Assembly: GCA_963682135.1 (NCBI GenBank)
Contig: OY821645.1
Location: 2,368,001-2,432,000, forward strand
Direction: 5' to 3'
Source: Methanothrix sp.
Lineage (GTDB): Archaea > Halobacteriota > Methanosarcinia > Methanotrichales > Methanotrichaceae
Length of the DNA: 64,000 bases
Below the pieces are notes generated by a model. It did not search any database. It was given only the letters and a program-made list of their open reading frames with translations, and had not been told where the DNA came from. Position 1 is the first letter of the stretch. Each line of letters starts with the position of its first letter. The position numbers and the translations under genes are program-made. Of the stretch, positions 1 through 10,615 are shown piece by piece.

Positions 1-333
1 TATGTCCTGACGTTGGAGATGGCTTACAGATACATCTTCTTGCTCATGGACATGGTACGCGAGATGTATACTGCCAAGAAAGCCAGGACCATCAAGTCTC
101 GAAGCATGCTCGAAGAGCAGAAATGGGTTGGCGGACGCATGGGCTATACGCTGATAAGATCCATAGATATGAGCGAGAAGGTGCATATGGCCATGATGTC
201 TCGAGGCTTCAATGGCGATGTCAAGGTCATGCAACAGTTCAATATGTTGCATCGGGATTACCTCGCAGTTGCAGCGGCCCTATCTCTGAGCGTATTGCTT
301 GTGTTGATCGCTCAGGATTTCATTCGGGTGTAA
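1..333 (+). CDS. cbiQ: Ni/Co ECF transporter T component (CbiQ/NikQ family), 5' partial
   Basis: MAYRYIF..ARTI and AMMSRGF motifs of ECF-T proteins; directly upstream of a CbiO ATPase. Confidence 0.85.
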   Translation, partial: YVLTLEMAYRYIFLLMDMVREMYTAKKARTIKSRSMLEEQKWVGGRMGYTLIRSIDMSEKVHMAMMSRGFNGDVKVMQQFNMLHRDYLAVAAALSLSVLLVLIAQDFIRV

Positions 334-337
334 GAAT

Positions 338-1168
338 ATGGATACCATCTTCGACTTGAGAAACATCTCATATTCATACGTGGGAAAGATAAATGCGCTG
401 AAAGATATTAGCTTAAAGATAAATCGTGGAGAGCAGGTATCAATAATTGGTACAAACGGTAGCGGCAAATCGACTCTGTTGGCCATCCTGAATGGATTGA
501 TCTATCCGACTTCAGGAGAATTTTATGCCTTTGACAATCAAATAACCGAGGATATTTTTGATTCCATAAAGGATAATGAATTTCGGTCCTATTTCCGCAC
601 TAAGGTGGGCTTCGTCTTTCAGAACTCGGATGTTCAGCTCTTCTCGCCTACGGTCTACGAAGAGATCGCCTTTGGGCCCTTGCAGCTTGATGTCCCTCCA
701 GAGGAGGTTAAACACAGAGTCGAGGACGTTCTGGAGATAATGGAAATCACAAAGCTCCGGGATCGATCGCCTCATACCCTGAGCGGTGGGGAGAAAAAGA
801 AAGTATGCATAGCTACAGTGCTGGTCAACAACCCGGATGTCCTACTATTAGATGAACCCACGGCAGGATTGGATCCCAGGACGCAGCTATGGCTGGTTGA
901 GCTCTTGCAGGAGCTGGGAAGATCGGGAAAGACGGTTGTCACTGCCACACACGACCTGGAAACCATTGAGCAGATCAGCAATAGGGCCATAGTCATGGGT
1001 GAAGATCACGGTGTTAAAGTCGACGGAGATACAGTCAAAGTATTAGATGACATGGCGCTCCTCCTCAGTGTCAACCTCATCCACGAGCACATGCATATTC
1101 ACGGAAAGGCGGTCCATGAGCATCTCCATGCCCATGGAAAAGAGCACGCTCACCAACATATGAATTGA
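338..1168 (+). CDS. cbiO: Ni/Co ECF transporter ATPase with His-rich C-terminal tail
   Basis: Walker A GTNGSGKST, LSGGEKKK signature, LLLDEPT, tail HEHMHIHGKAVHEHLHAH. Confidence 0.9.
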   Translation: MDTIFDLRNISYSYVGKINALKDISLKINRGEQVSIIGTNGSGKSTLLAILNGLIYPTSGEFYAFDNQITEDIFDSIKDNEFRSYFRTKVGFVFQNSDVQLFSPTVYEEIAFGPLQLDVPPEEVKHRVEDVLEIMEITKLRDRSPHTLSGGEKKKVCIATVLVNNPDVLLLDEPTAGLDPRTQLWLVELLQELGRSGKTVVTATHDLETIEQISNRAIVMGEDHGVKVDGDTVKVLDDMALLLSVNLIHEHMHIHGKAVHEHLHAHGKEHAHQHMN

Positions 1169-1362
1169 AGCGTAAGTGTTCGTGAGTCCGATTGGTGCTG
1201 GAATGCTGGACTGGGCCAATCGGAATAACAATTTCTAAATTAGTATTACTTTAGGTTATTTTATCTAGAAAAGTATTTAGATCATAACAGTAGTTGATTA
1301 CTATGTAGTCAGAAGGGCAACTGAGTTCCCAATAGATTGACTATCAAGATAAGGTGGTATAA

Positions 1363-1545
1363 ATGACAGAGAAGCATGAACACGAACACAAGCCGGAAAA
1401 AATGCATGAACATGAACACGAACACGAGATCAAACATGAGCACGAGCATAAGCACGAGGATAAAGCCCACGCACATGAACATGTTCACGAAATAAAGCAT
1501 AAACATGAGCATGGGGAGGAAGAAGCGCATAAAAAGAAGGAGTGA
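1363..1545 (+). CDS. His/Glu-rich small metal-binding protein (60 aa, 19 His)
   Basis: Alternating HEHEH repeats; SD AGGTGG upstream; lies next to a metal transporter. Confidence 0.75.
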   Translation: MTEKHEHEHKPEKMHEHEHEHEIKHEHEHKHEDKAHAHEHVHEIKHKHEHGEEEAHKKKE

Positions 1546-1579
1546 AAGAATATCAAAGGATAAAGGGTGGTGAATTCTG

Positions 1580-1948
1580 ATGAATCATGTTGACAGATCA
1601 TTTTCATTTACGAGGATTGATAGAAAAGATGAGCTGATGGACGCGATGTTCAACCACAAATGGCCTCTTTGCTGCAGCTTTTATCACGAGAAACTGCTCT
1701 ACCTGAGTGATGGTGAGTGTGAGGATATGCCGGAATACGCTGTCGTGGCTATTGATAAAACGGATGGGCGCTTTTGCGTTCATGGCCGCGAGGTGGGTAG
1801 GATCAAGCCCGCCAGCATGCAGCTCGCAGAGATGCCAAAGTTCATCCAGGAGATGAAAGCGAGCATATGTAATGCCGGGAATCCAGTCCAGTTCGTGGCA
1901 GAGCCAAAATGGCATCATTGCTGCCAGCTTTGCAGCTTGGATGATTAG
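1580..1948 (+). CDS. Hypothetical Cys-containing protein
   Basis: SD GGTGGTG; WPLCCSF and WHHCCQLC motifs. Confidence 0.7.
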   Translation: MNHVDRSFSFTRIDRKDELMDAMFNHKWPLCCSFYHEKLLYLSDGECEDMPEYAVVAIDKTDGRFCVHGREVGRIKPASMQLAEMPKFIQEMKASICNAGNPVQFVAEPKWHHCCQLCSLDD

Positions 1949-2467
1949 CGAAATGCATTCGCCTGCCGTTTTATATTTTTGGCTTAACTATGGTCTTGAA
2001 TTGCTACTTAAATCCAGGAGTAAGCAATTCTGATGCATTTTCGTCTATATCCTGATTGTCTCCCCTAGAGCAAAACGGCTTTATGCAACATGGCATCAAC
2101 TTTGAAGAAAATTGAGCACTCTGTGGATGGCATGCGCGAGGAAATCTCGCCACCAAAACACTATGCTGTAGGTTGTATAGTGGATCAACACGTTATTTTG
2201 TCCAACCGCATCATTCTCCCTAAAATCCTTATAAAGCATTAAACATATTAACTATCTGTCCTAATAATATCATTTCCATAAGCAACACTTATCCGAATAA
2301 CATATTTAAAACAGAAGATTTATGCATAATCGCAAAAATGGTGCTACAAATAGTGGCCCTTATCCTTTACAAAAGTTTAATCAATACTTGAAAAAAGCCT
2401 CACAAAGCATTAAGTACTTGATATAAGTAATTAGGATCTATTAAAAATGAAATGGAGGTGAATCAAA

Positions 2468-2584
2468 ATGTGTTGCCATAATGATAATAAGCACGAACAC
2501 GCACACGCTCACGATGGTAAAGAGCACGTCCATGAGCATATCCATGATGGAGATCACAAGCACGGACACAAGTGCTGCCATTAA
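2468..2584 (+). CDS. 38-aa His/Cys-rich peptide MCCHNDNKHEHAHAHDGKEHVHEHIHDGDHKHGHKCCH (not in ORF track)
   Basis: Manual translation; strong SD GGAGGTG just upstream; 13 His, 4 Cys. Confidence 0.75.
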   Translation: MCCHNDNKHEHAHAHDGKEHVHEHIHDGDHKHGHKCCH

Positions 2585-2697
2585 TTCCAATACAGTTGGT
2601 CATAAATTTTTATTAAGAATATGGGACGCTGGCAATTGGTCCTTGAGCGAACCGCAAGGATTCAATGCCAGAGAGATTCCATAATGAAGTCCATCTA

Positions 2698-4797
2698 TTA
2701 TAACCATCTGGCAAGAACTTCTGCCAGCTCTCTTTTCTGAAAAGGTTTGGCAATGAAATCGCTCATCCCTGCCTGAATACACTTCTCCCGGTCACCTCGC
2801 ATGGTAGCCGCAGTCATGGCGATTATTGGAATGCCCGGATTAAGTGCCTTCGATCCTTCCTGACGAATGACTCGTGCGGCCTCGAAACCGTCCATCTCGG
2901 GCATTTGGCAGTCCATCAACAGCAGGTCGTAGGGAATTATCTGGAGCACATTGACAGCTTCCTTACCATTGGCCACCACATCAGCTCGAAGGCCCATCTT
3001 TTTCAGCATGGCCTGTGCTACTTTTTGATTTATGGGATTGTCCTCTGCCACCAAGATGCGTATTTTGCTTGCAGTCTTTAGAAATTGCAGGCTCTGCAGC
3101 GAAGATTTCATAGTGCCGTTCTCATCAATTCTTACAGATATTTCATCGGCAGATCCACACACGACAGGCTGCTTCTCAAGCACCGCCGTGAACCAGAAGG
3201 TAGACCCTTTGCCTTCTTTGCTTTCCAAACCAATCTTGCCACCCATCAATTCGGCCAGATTTTTGGAAATGGCCAACCCCAGGCCGGTGCCGCCGTACTG
3301 GCGCGTGGTCGAGCTATCCACCTGAGTAAAAGGCGAGAAAAGAATATCCTGTCGACTTTCCGGGATGCCGATGCCGGTATCGCTGACAGAAAAACGAATT
3401 ATGGCATTTGCATTGTCTTCGCTCTCCAGGCTAACGCGGATCACTATCTCGCCCACCTCGGTAAACTTAACGGCATTGTTTGCCAGGTTGACTAGAATCT
3501 GGCGCAGCCTTCCCGGATCGCCTCTCAGCCGAGAAGGCACGCCGGACTCTATAGAACAGACCAGCTCCAGCTCTTTCTCATGAGCACCAGGAGCCAGGAG
3601 ATCTACTACATCTTTCAGCATGCTGGCCAGATCGAAGTCCAGCCTTTCCAGCTCCAGTTTGCGGGCTTCAATTTTAGAGAAATCCAGTATGTCGTTGATG
3701 AGAGAGAGAAGCATCTCTCCACTGATTCGAGCAATTTTTGCATATTCATGCTGCTCTGCATTCAAATCCATATCCAGAAGCATTCCGGTCATGCCAATGA
3801 CACCGTTTAAAGGGGTGCGAATCTCGTGACTCATATTGGCCAGAAATTCGGATTTGGCAGAATTGGCCTGCTCTGCTCTTGCAGCCATCTTTTTGGCATG
3901 CTCTGTGGCAATTTCCAGTTGCAGATTGGTTTTTTTCAGCTCTTCCTCGAATAGCTTATGTCTAGTGATGTCATTGAGAATTACCACCTTACCGCTGAAC
4001 TTCTCACTGACATCAAGCATCTGCTCGATCTTGACCTGGAATTGAAGGAGGCCCTTGCTGGTTAGTGCCTGCTTCTCGAAGATGACTTGCATCTGGCCGC
4101 TGGCATCCAATGCAGCTAACTCATCGGCAATGAATGGAAAGGACTCTCTGGTCTTATGTTTGTCGTAGTACGTAGCTCCTGGAATGCTGATGCTAAAGAA
4201 AATCTCCGAAGCAGCGTGATTCAGATTCTCAATGCGATTCTCCTGGTCAAGTAGAAATACAGGGTCTGTGATGCTTTCGAAGATGGTTAAGTACTTGTTT
4301 TTCTCGTTTGTCATGCCGCGATTAGCAGATTGCAGCTCCGCTAGCATCCGATTATCGGTAAGACAGTTCCACTCTGTGCAAAAGCCCAGCTCCATGTGAT
4401 CAAAGAATCGATCGATATGCAGTAGATATTGCCGCTCATCCTCGATCCCAAATCCCGCTTGCATAATGAGGTCTTTGTAGCTCTGCTGGTAATATTTCAT
4501 CAGACCCAAGAACATGCCAAAGCTTACACCCCGTTCGCGATGTCTTTGGGCCTCGATGATGCCAAAAGAATCAATTGAATCCTTTGTATAATCCTCCTCT
4601 GGCAGAAGCTCCGGCACACCGGATTGATGCGCCAAAGCCACCAGAAGGGATTGAGATATGCCTGCTATGGAGATTCTCCAGGCTTCGGCCAATGTCGAGG
4701 TATATCTGGTGTAGCCTTGCTTCTTTGCATAAGCGAGAACCTGTTGCATCAGCCAATCCTCATGATTTGCCACAAGTTCTGCTAACCTGGTCATCAT
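2698..4797 (-). CDS. Soluble hybrid sensor histidine kinase (N-terminal helical sensor, PAS, HisKA, HATPase, REC)
   Basis: [16 protein letters not shown]-box, GGTGLGL G2 box, C-terminal receiver [12 protein letters not shown]; likely start MMTRL at 4797. Confidence 0.9.
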   Translation of the reverse strand: MMTRLAELVANHEDWLMQQVLAYAKKQGYTRYTSTLAEAWRISIAGISQSLLVALAHQSGVPELLPEEDYTKDSIDSFGIIEAQRHRERGVSFGMFLGLMKYYQQSYKDLIMQAGFGIEDERQYLLHIDRFFDHMELGFCTEWNCLTDNRMLAELQSANRGMTNEKNKYLTIFESITDPVFLLDQENRIENLNHAASEIFFSISIPGATYYDKHKTRESFPFIADELAALDASGQMQVIFEKQALTSKGLLQFQVKIEQMLDVSEKFSGKVVILNDITRHKLFEEELKKTNLQLEIATEHAKKMAARAEQANSAKSEFLANMSHEIRTPLNGVIGMTGMLLDMDLNAEQHEYAKIARISGEMLLSLINDILDFSKIEARKLELERLDFDLASMLKDVVDLLAPGAHEKELELVCSIESGVPSRLRGDPGRLRQILVNLANNAVKFTEVGEIVIRVSLESEDNANAIIRFSVSDTGIGIPESRQDILFSPFTQVDSSTTRQYGGTGLGLAISKNLAELMGGKIGLESKEGKGSTFWFTAVLEKQPVVCGSADEISVRIDENGTMKSSLQSLQFLKTASKIRILVAEDNPINQKVAQAMLKKMGLRADVVANGKEAVNVLQIIPYDLLLMDCQMPEMDGFEAARVIRQEGSKALNPGIPIIAMTAATMRGDREKCIQAGMSDFIAKPFQKRELAEVLARWL

Positions 4798-5009
4798 AGC
4801 TGGAAACAACCCTCCTGGAAAATCCATTATTAACTGTGTTGGATAAGGTAATATATTTTGCCAAAGTGCGATAGGAATACGGAGGTAATATAGACTTATA
4901 TATGAAATTTTGGCAATAAATGTTCTTTTCGATATGCATCTGATGCAAATCAGTTCACTGCAATTTATTGCCCCTCGCCTGCGCGAGCCCACGCATCTCG
5001 TATGCTTCT

Positions 5010-6077
5010 TTAGAGTTTGGGCAATTCACCCACTACATTGGGCTCCAGGTAATGCATCTTTTGCAGATCCTCATCGCTCATGCCCGGGAATATTTCCAGT
5101 TCTCCTCTACTAACGGCTTTTTGCTTCTCTTCCACTAGCCTTCTTGTATCGGGAGGAACCAGATCGCTAAAGGGCGCCATTTCCACTGCGCCTTCCGCCA
5201 GACCGTACCACCAATCCTGTTCGGGATGATCCGCCCAGGTCCCGTTATGCACGTCTTCCACTATATCGGCCATTATCGGTTCCCAGTTCCAGATAGCACC
5301 TGTAAGAAACACATGCGGGAAGAACCGGGCCGTGTTCGAGCCGCAGGATATAAAGTACGTTCCAGTCTCCTCTGCAGCCTCGCCTGTTGCGTCTGAGTCG
5401 GAACCATGAGTGATGACATCGCAGCCTTCATTGATTAGTCCAAGAGCCAATTGCTTTTCTCTTTGGGGATCGTACCAACTGCCCACCCACGACACATGCA
5501 GCCTGGCCTGGGGGTTGACGCTGGCCATTCCCCTGGCAAAGGCATTAATGGCCATTACCACCTGTGGATCAGCAATGGGCTCAACCGCGGCGATCTTATT
5601 GGTCTTGGTCATGCTACCGGCCACTATTCCCGTTAGATACGCCGCTTGATAAAATCTTTCGTAATATGTTCCTACATTGGGGGCCAATTTCTCTTGACCT
5701 CCGCACCACATGAATGTTACATTAGGATATTTTGGGGCTACCTCTTGGATAGCTTCTCCAAAGCTTCCACTATGACAGAATATCAGCTCGCATCCATTTT
5801 CAGCATATTCTCTCAGTATCTGGGCGGCATCCGGCCCAGAGGCGCTCTCTCTCTCAGAGAGGCTTACGTAGGGCAGTTTCTTGGCCATTTTAGTTGCACC
5901 CGCATGGCCCTCGAAGGTCCAGCCGTGATCGCCTACAGGGCCAAAATCGAGCAGTGCCACCTTGAGCGCGGATGTTGTTGCGGACTTGTTGAGTTCATTG
6001 GCGCCGCCAACTACTGCAAGACCAAATAAAAGCAGTGCAAAAATAATTAATGTCCGTGTTATGACTGTGTATTTCAT
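5010..6077 (-). CDS. BMP family (nucleoside/purine) substrate-binding protein
   Basis: Signal peptide; GPVGDHGW and GSWYDP motifs. Confidence 0.85.
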   Translation of the reverse strand: MKYTVITRTLIIFALLLFGLAVVGGANELNKSATTSALKVALLDFGPVGDHGWTFEGHAGATKMAKKLPYVSLSERESASGPDAAQILREYAENGCELIFCHSGSFGEAIQEVAPKYPNVTFMWCGGQEKLAPNVGTYYERFYQAAYLTGIVAGSMTKTNKIAAVEPIADPQVVMAINAFARGMASVNPQARLHVSWVGSWYDPQREKQLALGLINEGCDVITHGSDSDATGEAAEETGTYFISCGSNTARFFPHVFLTGAIWNWEPIMADIVEDVHNGTWADHPEQDWWYGLAEGAVEMAPFSDLVPPDTRRLVEEKQKAVSRGELEIFPGMSDEDLQKMHYLEPNVVGELPKL

Positions 6078-6115
6078 CAAACCCACTCCCGTACTACCTT
6101 CTGAATTTATACAAA

Positions 6116-7309
6116 CTAAAGAATGGCATATGGCTCCCATTTAAAAGTATCATTATCTCTCGTCAGATGGGCAATAGTAAATGGCACATCAATCAAATCT
6201 CCGGCCAGATTGAGCTTCATCCAGCCAAATTCGCCCCGGTATTTCCCGGCAACTATGGGAAATGCCAGCTTGAATGCCTCGGCATCATCGCAGCCTGCCA
6301 GCAGATAGGTATAGGTGATAAGCCAGAGCGCATCATAATCATTGGCAGCAAAGGGGCTGGCCTCGCGACCGGTTTCATTGAAGACCGCGTTCTTGATTTG
6401 CAAATATTTGGCCCCACCCATTCCCCCAAATACCGGCGATAGGAAATGGGTTGATTCTGCGAACTGCGCAGCCGTCCTATTCTGACTAATGGCTACCGCC
6501 GAAAGATCGTTGCCGTACCATCTGACAGAGGAGAGGACTGGGTCGCCGGATGCCTGTGAAAATATAGCGACGATTTCATCGAAGGCTGACACATGGACGG
6601 CCACATAGTTGGCGCCATTGCCCTTAACCGCCCTTCTAACCTCGGAACGCAAGAGGTCCAAATCACTTGAGAAGTTGGTGGTATGCGGATCGTAGCGCAC
6701 GCCGTCCAGCATTATTCCGTCCCCTCGCTCAAACTCACTCTTGGTAGAGTTGAGCATGCCATCGGCCCACAGATCTCTTCTGGCCAGGGGTACTAGTACT
6801 CTTATGCCGTCGTTTTGCATCATAGCCGCTAGCAAATGAGCCAAAGTGGCATCATCCGGAGCCAGCCGGAAGACATTATCATTTCCAATCGCAAGAGATG
6901 GCGCTGTACTGGCACCGCTTATGAGGATGATCCCATTTCTATTGGCATATTCCCGCACATCGGCAAGAGATTGGCTCTCTTCCGGCCCCACCATGATTCT
7001 TATTCCACGGGCTTGCAGCACGTTTAAAGCATTTTGAGTCGATTCAGTGTCGGTATTTGTATCCTCCACCACCACTGAAACTCGAAACGGTCTCCCAAGG
7101 TCCGAGAATAGTTTATTGATATCCGTCTCTGCTGTCTTCAGAGCCACCTGGGCGGATATTCCATGGTTATCACTATCCCCATGAAGAGAGAGAAGAGCAC
7201 CTACGGTTAGAACGTTTTCTGAATTGTCCTGCGAGGTTGAACTGCATTGCGCTACGCTAATGCAAACGAGCATTACAGCGAAAATCAGAACGCAGGATCT
7301 GCTCACCAT
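6116..7309 (-). CDS. LivJ/K-type periplasmic binding protein
   Basis: Signal peptide; STAPSL..DNVFRLAPDD and YDALW motifs. Confidence 0.85.
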   Translation of the reverse strand: MVSRSCVLIFAVMLVCISVAQCSSTSQDNSENVLTVGALLSLHGDSDNHGISAQVALKTAETDINKLFSDLGRPFRVSVVVEDTNTDTESTQNALNVLQARGIRIMVGPEESQSLADVREYANRNGIILISGASTAPSLAIGNDNVFRLAPDDATLAHLLAAMMQNDGIRVLVPLARRDLWADGMLNSTKSEFERGDGIMLDGVRYDPHTTNFSSDLDLLRSEVRRAVKGNGANYVAVHVSAFDEIVAIFSQASGDPVLSSVRWYGNDLSAVAISQNRTAAQFAESTHFLSPVFGGMGGAKYLQIKNAVFNETGREASPFAANDYDALWLITYTYLLAGCDDAEAFKLAFPIVAGKYRGEFGWMKLNLAGDLIDVPFTIAHLTRDNDTFKWEPYAIL

Positions 7310-7405
7310 GCCTTTTTATCAAATTATTAGGATTTATGTTTTGCGGACTATGCAAAAAGATTTTGAACTATAAGACACAACAGTTACTAAAGACCCAAGA
7401 ATAAG

Positions 7406-9133
7406 ATGGCACAGGTGGCTATGGCTGTTCCGATTCGAATGGTGAGCAAATACAGCAAACAGATCCATTTTGGGATGGGTGTCTGTCTGATGATTATTCT
7501 CTTTTTATTGGGGGCAGATGCGTCCTTATGCGCCTCTGCGGAGGATGTGCACGATCAAGCTAATCTCAGCCAAAGAGATCTGGCAGGGATCAATCTCAGT
7601 CGGGCTCATCTCAATCAGTCCGATCTATCCTATGCATTGCTAAATCAATCCGATCTGTCCCATGCTCACCTTAGATCGGCCTGGCTTATGGGCTCAAATC
7701 TGAGCCATGCGAACTTGCAGGGCGCGAATCTCACCGGGGCCGACCTATCGGGTGCCGATCTCAGCGGAGCGAACTTGGGCGAAGCAGACCTATCACGGGC
7801 CTATATGATGAGATCTAACCTTCGAGGAGCCGACCTCTCCTGCTCAAATCTGAGATCCTCTGATCTTTCGGGGTCCAACGTATCGAATGCAAATTTAACA
7901 GGGGCCGACTTGCACGCTGCTGACATTCTCGGCGTCAACTTTTCTTATTCGGACCTCACGAGAACAGATGTTTCAGAAGCATCGTGGGGGAAAGCGAACT
8001 TTTATGGCTCCCGGATCGTCGATGCCGAATTGATCTTCGTCAATTTCACCAATACAAACTTCAGCAGAGCGGACCTTTTTGGCTCGAACCTGATGGCATC
8101 AGATCTGTCCGGGTCCGACCTATCGGATGCGAATTTGACAGGAGCCAGTCTTGAGAATGCCTGGATAAAGCGGGCCAACCTTTCTGGAGCAAAGCTGAAT
8201 GGAGTAAATCTAAAGAGGGCCCAACTGAACGATTCCGATCTCACCAGGACGGATCTGAGCTCATCAATCCTCGTCCAGGCAAATATGGCCAATAGTGTTC
8301 TGTCCAGGGCCAATCTCGTGGATGCAGACCTGAGCGGAGCTACCATCACGGACTCCGATATGAGCGATGCAGAGTTGTCCGGAGCCAGACTTCGCGGTAC
8401 CGATCTCACCGGTGCCGTTCTTCGTGGAGCTAATTTGGATAATGCCATATTGCTGGGAGCAAAGCTGAACTGGGCCGATCTGAGGGGCTGCTCCCTCTTC
8501 CAGTGCGTGCTATCCCGGGCTGAGCTGTCTTCCTCAGACCTGAGCAGTGTGGACCTGGGCGAGACGGACCTCTCACGGGCCTTCATGATGCGATCCAACC
8601 TCACTGATGCCAACCTTGATGCCGCCGGTCTGGCATATACGGATCTCACTGAGGCCATTCTCAAGAGAGCAAGCCTGAGATGGTCGAAGCTGATGTCTGC
8701 GGACCTCACCAGAGCGGATTTTACGGAAGCGGATATGACGGCATCTCATTTCGACTCGTCTCTGCTGGCTCAGACGAAAATGGTCCGAGCCAAAATGGAT
8801 AAGGCATCATTCAAGAATATGGTTATTACTGGTGCGAACTTTAGTAATGCCAGCCTTAAAAGTGCGGAATTAAATCGAGTATTTATGTACGATGTTGATC
8901 TGAGCGGAGCGGATTTGAGTGGCGCGAGCTTTGCCGAAGTGGCACTTATTGGCTGCAGACTAAACGGCATAAATCTGATGGGGATCAAATACGACGAAAG
9001 CAGTCCGGCATTCCTGGCGGGATCTGATCTTCAGGGCGCCAAGATAAGCGAGGATCTCTGGAACAAGATCAGGGAGATCCGGTCAACGCAAGAGGATCAG
9101 GGCAAATCGCCTACGACGTTGGACTCAAAATAG
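7406..9133 (+). CDS. Secreted pentapeptide-repeat protein
   Basis: About 480 aa of A(D/N)LS-type pentapeptide repeats after a hydrophobic N-terminus. Confidence 0.9.
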   Translation: MAQVAMAVPIRMVSKYSKQIHFGMGVCLMIILFLLGADASLCASAEDVHDQANLSQRDLAGINLSRAHLNQSDLSYALLNQSDLSHAHLRSAWLMGSNLSHANLQGANLTGADLSGADLSGANLGEADLSRAYMMRSNLRGADLSCSNLRSSDLSGSNVSNANLTGADLHAADILGVNFSYSDLTRTDVSEASWGKANFYGSRIVDAELIFVNFTNTNFSRADLFGSNLMASDLSGSDLSDANLTGASLENAWIKRANLSGAKLNGVNLKRAQLNDSDLTRTDLSSSILVQANMANSVLSRANLVDADLSGATITDSDMSDAELSGARLRGTDLTGAVLRGANLDNAILLGAKLNWADLRGCSLFQCVLSRAELSSSDLSSVDLGETDLSRAFMMRSNLTDANLDAAGLAYTDLTEAILKRASLRWSKLMSADLTRADFTEADMTASHFDSSLLAQTKMVRAKMDKASFKNMVITGANFSNASLKSAELNRVFMYDVDLSGADLSGASFAEVALIGCRLNGINLMGIKYDESSPAFLAGSDLQGAKISEDLWNKIREIRSTQEDQGKSPTTLDSK

Positions 9134-9293
9134 AATACCAGCGTTGGATGCCAGCTTTTCTGCTATTTCAGCTGCGCCCACATGAGCCTCATATGTCCAT
9201 CCATGATCGCCAATAAGTTGGAGGGGCTTGCACAGAAACTGCCACAAGCATTATGCAAAGAAATAGCATAGCTCCATTTTACGAATAAATCTC

Positions 9294-9527
9294 TTATTTC
9301 TTAATCAATCCCGCTATAATCAGCAAGACGATTGCTCCCAGGATGGATGTTATCCAGCCACCGATACCGGATGTCCCAAAGAATCCACCGAAGATGGTCC
9401 CCCCGATCATGGAACCTGCGATGCCTACCAGCATATTTCCTAGCAGTCCAAAGCCGTGACCCACCCAAACCTTTCCTGCGATCCAGCCGATGAATGAGAA
9501 TATGCCAAACATAATGGTTTCTTGCAT
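9294..9527 (-). CDS. GlsB/YeaQ/YmgE family membrane protein
   Basis: GWIAG..G.GLLGN..VGIAGS.IGG pattern. Confidence 0.8.
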   Translation of the reverse strand: MQETIMFGIFSFIGWIAGKVWVGHGFGLLGNMLVGIAGSMIGGTIFGGFFGTSGIGGWITSILGAIVLLIIAGLIKK

Positions 9528-9590
9528 GTAATTCTATAAATTATTTTTGGGAGAAAAGGTGAGAAAGAAAGAGAGAGCCCAGGATCTGCT

Positions 9591-10550
9591 TCAGGCAGAT
9601 ATCTCCACATGGAAGGCTCTTGTTTCTGCCACAATATTCTCCCAAGACCTTTTGTAGACAAAATAGATGGTGCTCTTGCCCGGCTTTATGGGCAGGAAGA
9701 CAAAGACGGAAGTTCCCCCAGCGCCCACCTGCTTCGTCTCTGAGGCGGCCCCTTCAAACTGAGCGCTCTCCTGTTTGAGTAGGACATAATCGTAATCAGC
9801 CTTCCACTCATAACCTGCAGTGGGATTGGCGGGAAGGGAGATGGTAAAGGATTCGTTAACCTTGGCACGAATGATCTCTACTTTTGTCTCCTTTTCATCA
9901 GGTATTCGGTAATTATCCACAGGATACATAAGGGGATAATAATCTATATTTTTTTCGTTCAATATCACGGGCTGATCGCCAATTCCGTCGTTATTCTCAT
10001 CCGTCTCATTGTAATCGGCCCAGTAGTTGCCCAGGCGGCTTCTTAACACCCGGCTGTTATACTGGTAGTTGATGCCGTCACTGGAATTCCAGGATGCCGC
10101 ATCAACCGGGCAGACGCTCTTCTTGCCGGCAAAGTCATTGAGGTAGATGCTGGAGGGAAGTACGACCTCAAGAGTGCAGTTCTCGCTGCCGGAGGACAGG
10201 CCCGCCCGGCTGGAAGGCCCGCCGATCTCAAAGCCCTGCAAGAATGCACCGTAGCCGGCCAGGATTATCCGGCCGCTTTGCGGCGCAAGAACGGGCCTAC
10301 CCTGGCCCGTATTCAGGCCGCGCAGGAACACATCCTTGCCGATGAGGAGCGATTCGTTGTAGATCCCGCTCTCCACGACAATTGAATCCTGGGGAGAGGC
10401 GGCATTGAGCGCGGACTGGACTGTCGTGTAATCACACCCTTGAGAGCAGACCCTCGTCTCGGCAAGAGAGGGCGACAGGAGCAGGGAAAGTGCCATGAGG
10501 CCCAGCAGGAGGGCCGGGACAGGAACAAATAATCTTTTGTAATCGGGCAT
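9591..10550 (-). CDS. Secreted NosD/CASH-like protein with C-terminal chagasin (I42) protease inhibitor domain
   Basis: LGNYWADY...D.YPL NosD-type tail; NPTAGYEW, VGAGG and YKRSWE chagasin motifs. Confidence 0.85.
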   Translation of the reverse strand: MPDYKRLFVPVPALLLGLMALSLLLSPSLAETRVCSQGCDYTTVQSALNAASPQDSIVVESGIYNESLLIGKDVFLRGLNTGQGRPVLAPQSGRIILAGYGAFLQGFEIGGPSSRAGLSSGSENCTLEVVLPSSIYLNDFAGKKSVCPVDAASWNSSDGINYQYNSRVLRSRLGNYWADYNETDENNDGIGDQPVILNEKNIDYYPLMYPVDNYRIPDEKETKVEIIRAKVNESFTISLPANPTAGYEWKADYDYVLLKQESAQFEGAASETKQVGAGGTSVFVFLPIKPGKSTIYFVYKRSWENIVAETRAFHVEISA

Positions 10551-10615
10551 TATATTGACAGTAAACCCCTCAAAATTAAATAGTCTTTCCAATTGAAAAT
10601 ACAAAGGAAATAATC

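Noticed and set aside
1309-1530. Hydrophobic Met/Phe-rich antisense ORF
   Set aside because: Complement of His/Glu codons
2481-2684. 67-aa ORF MIISTNTH...
   Set aside because: Alternative frame of the His/Cys peptide, which has the SD sequence
8002-8709. Antisense ORF in the pentapeptide gene
   Set aside because: Shadow of low-complexity coding sequence
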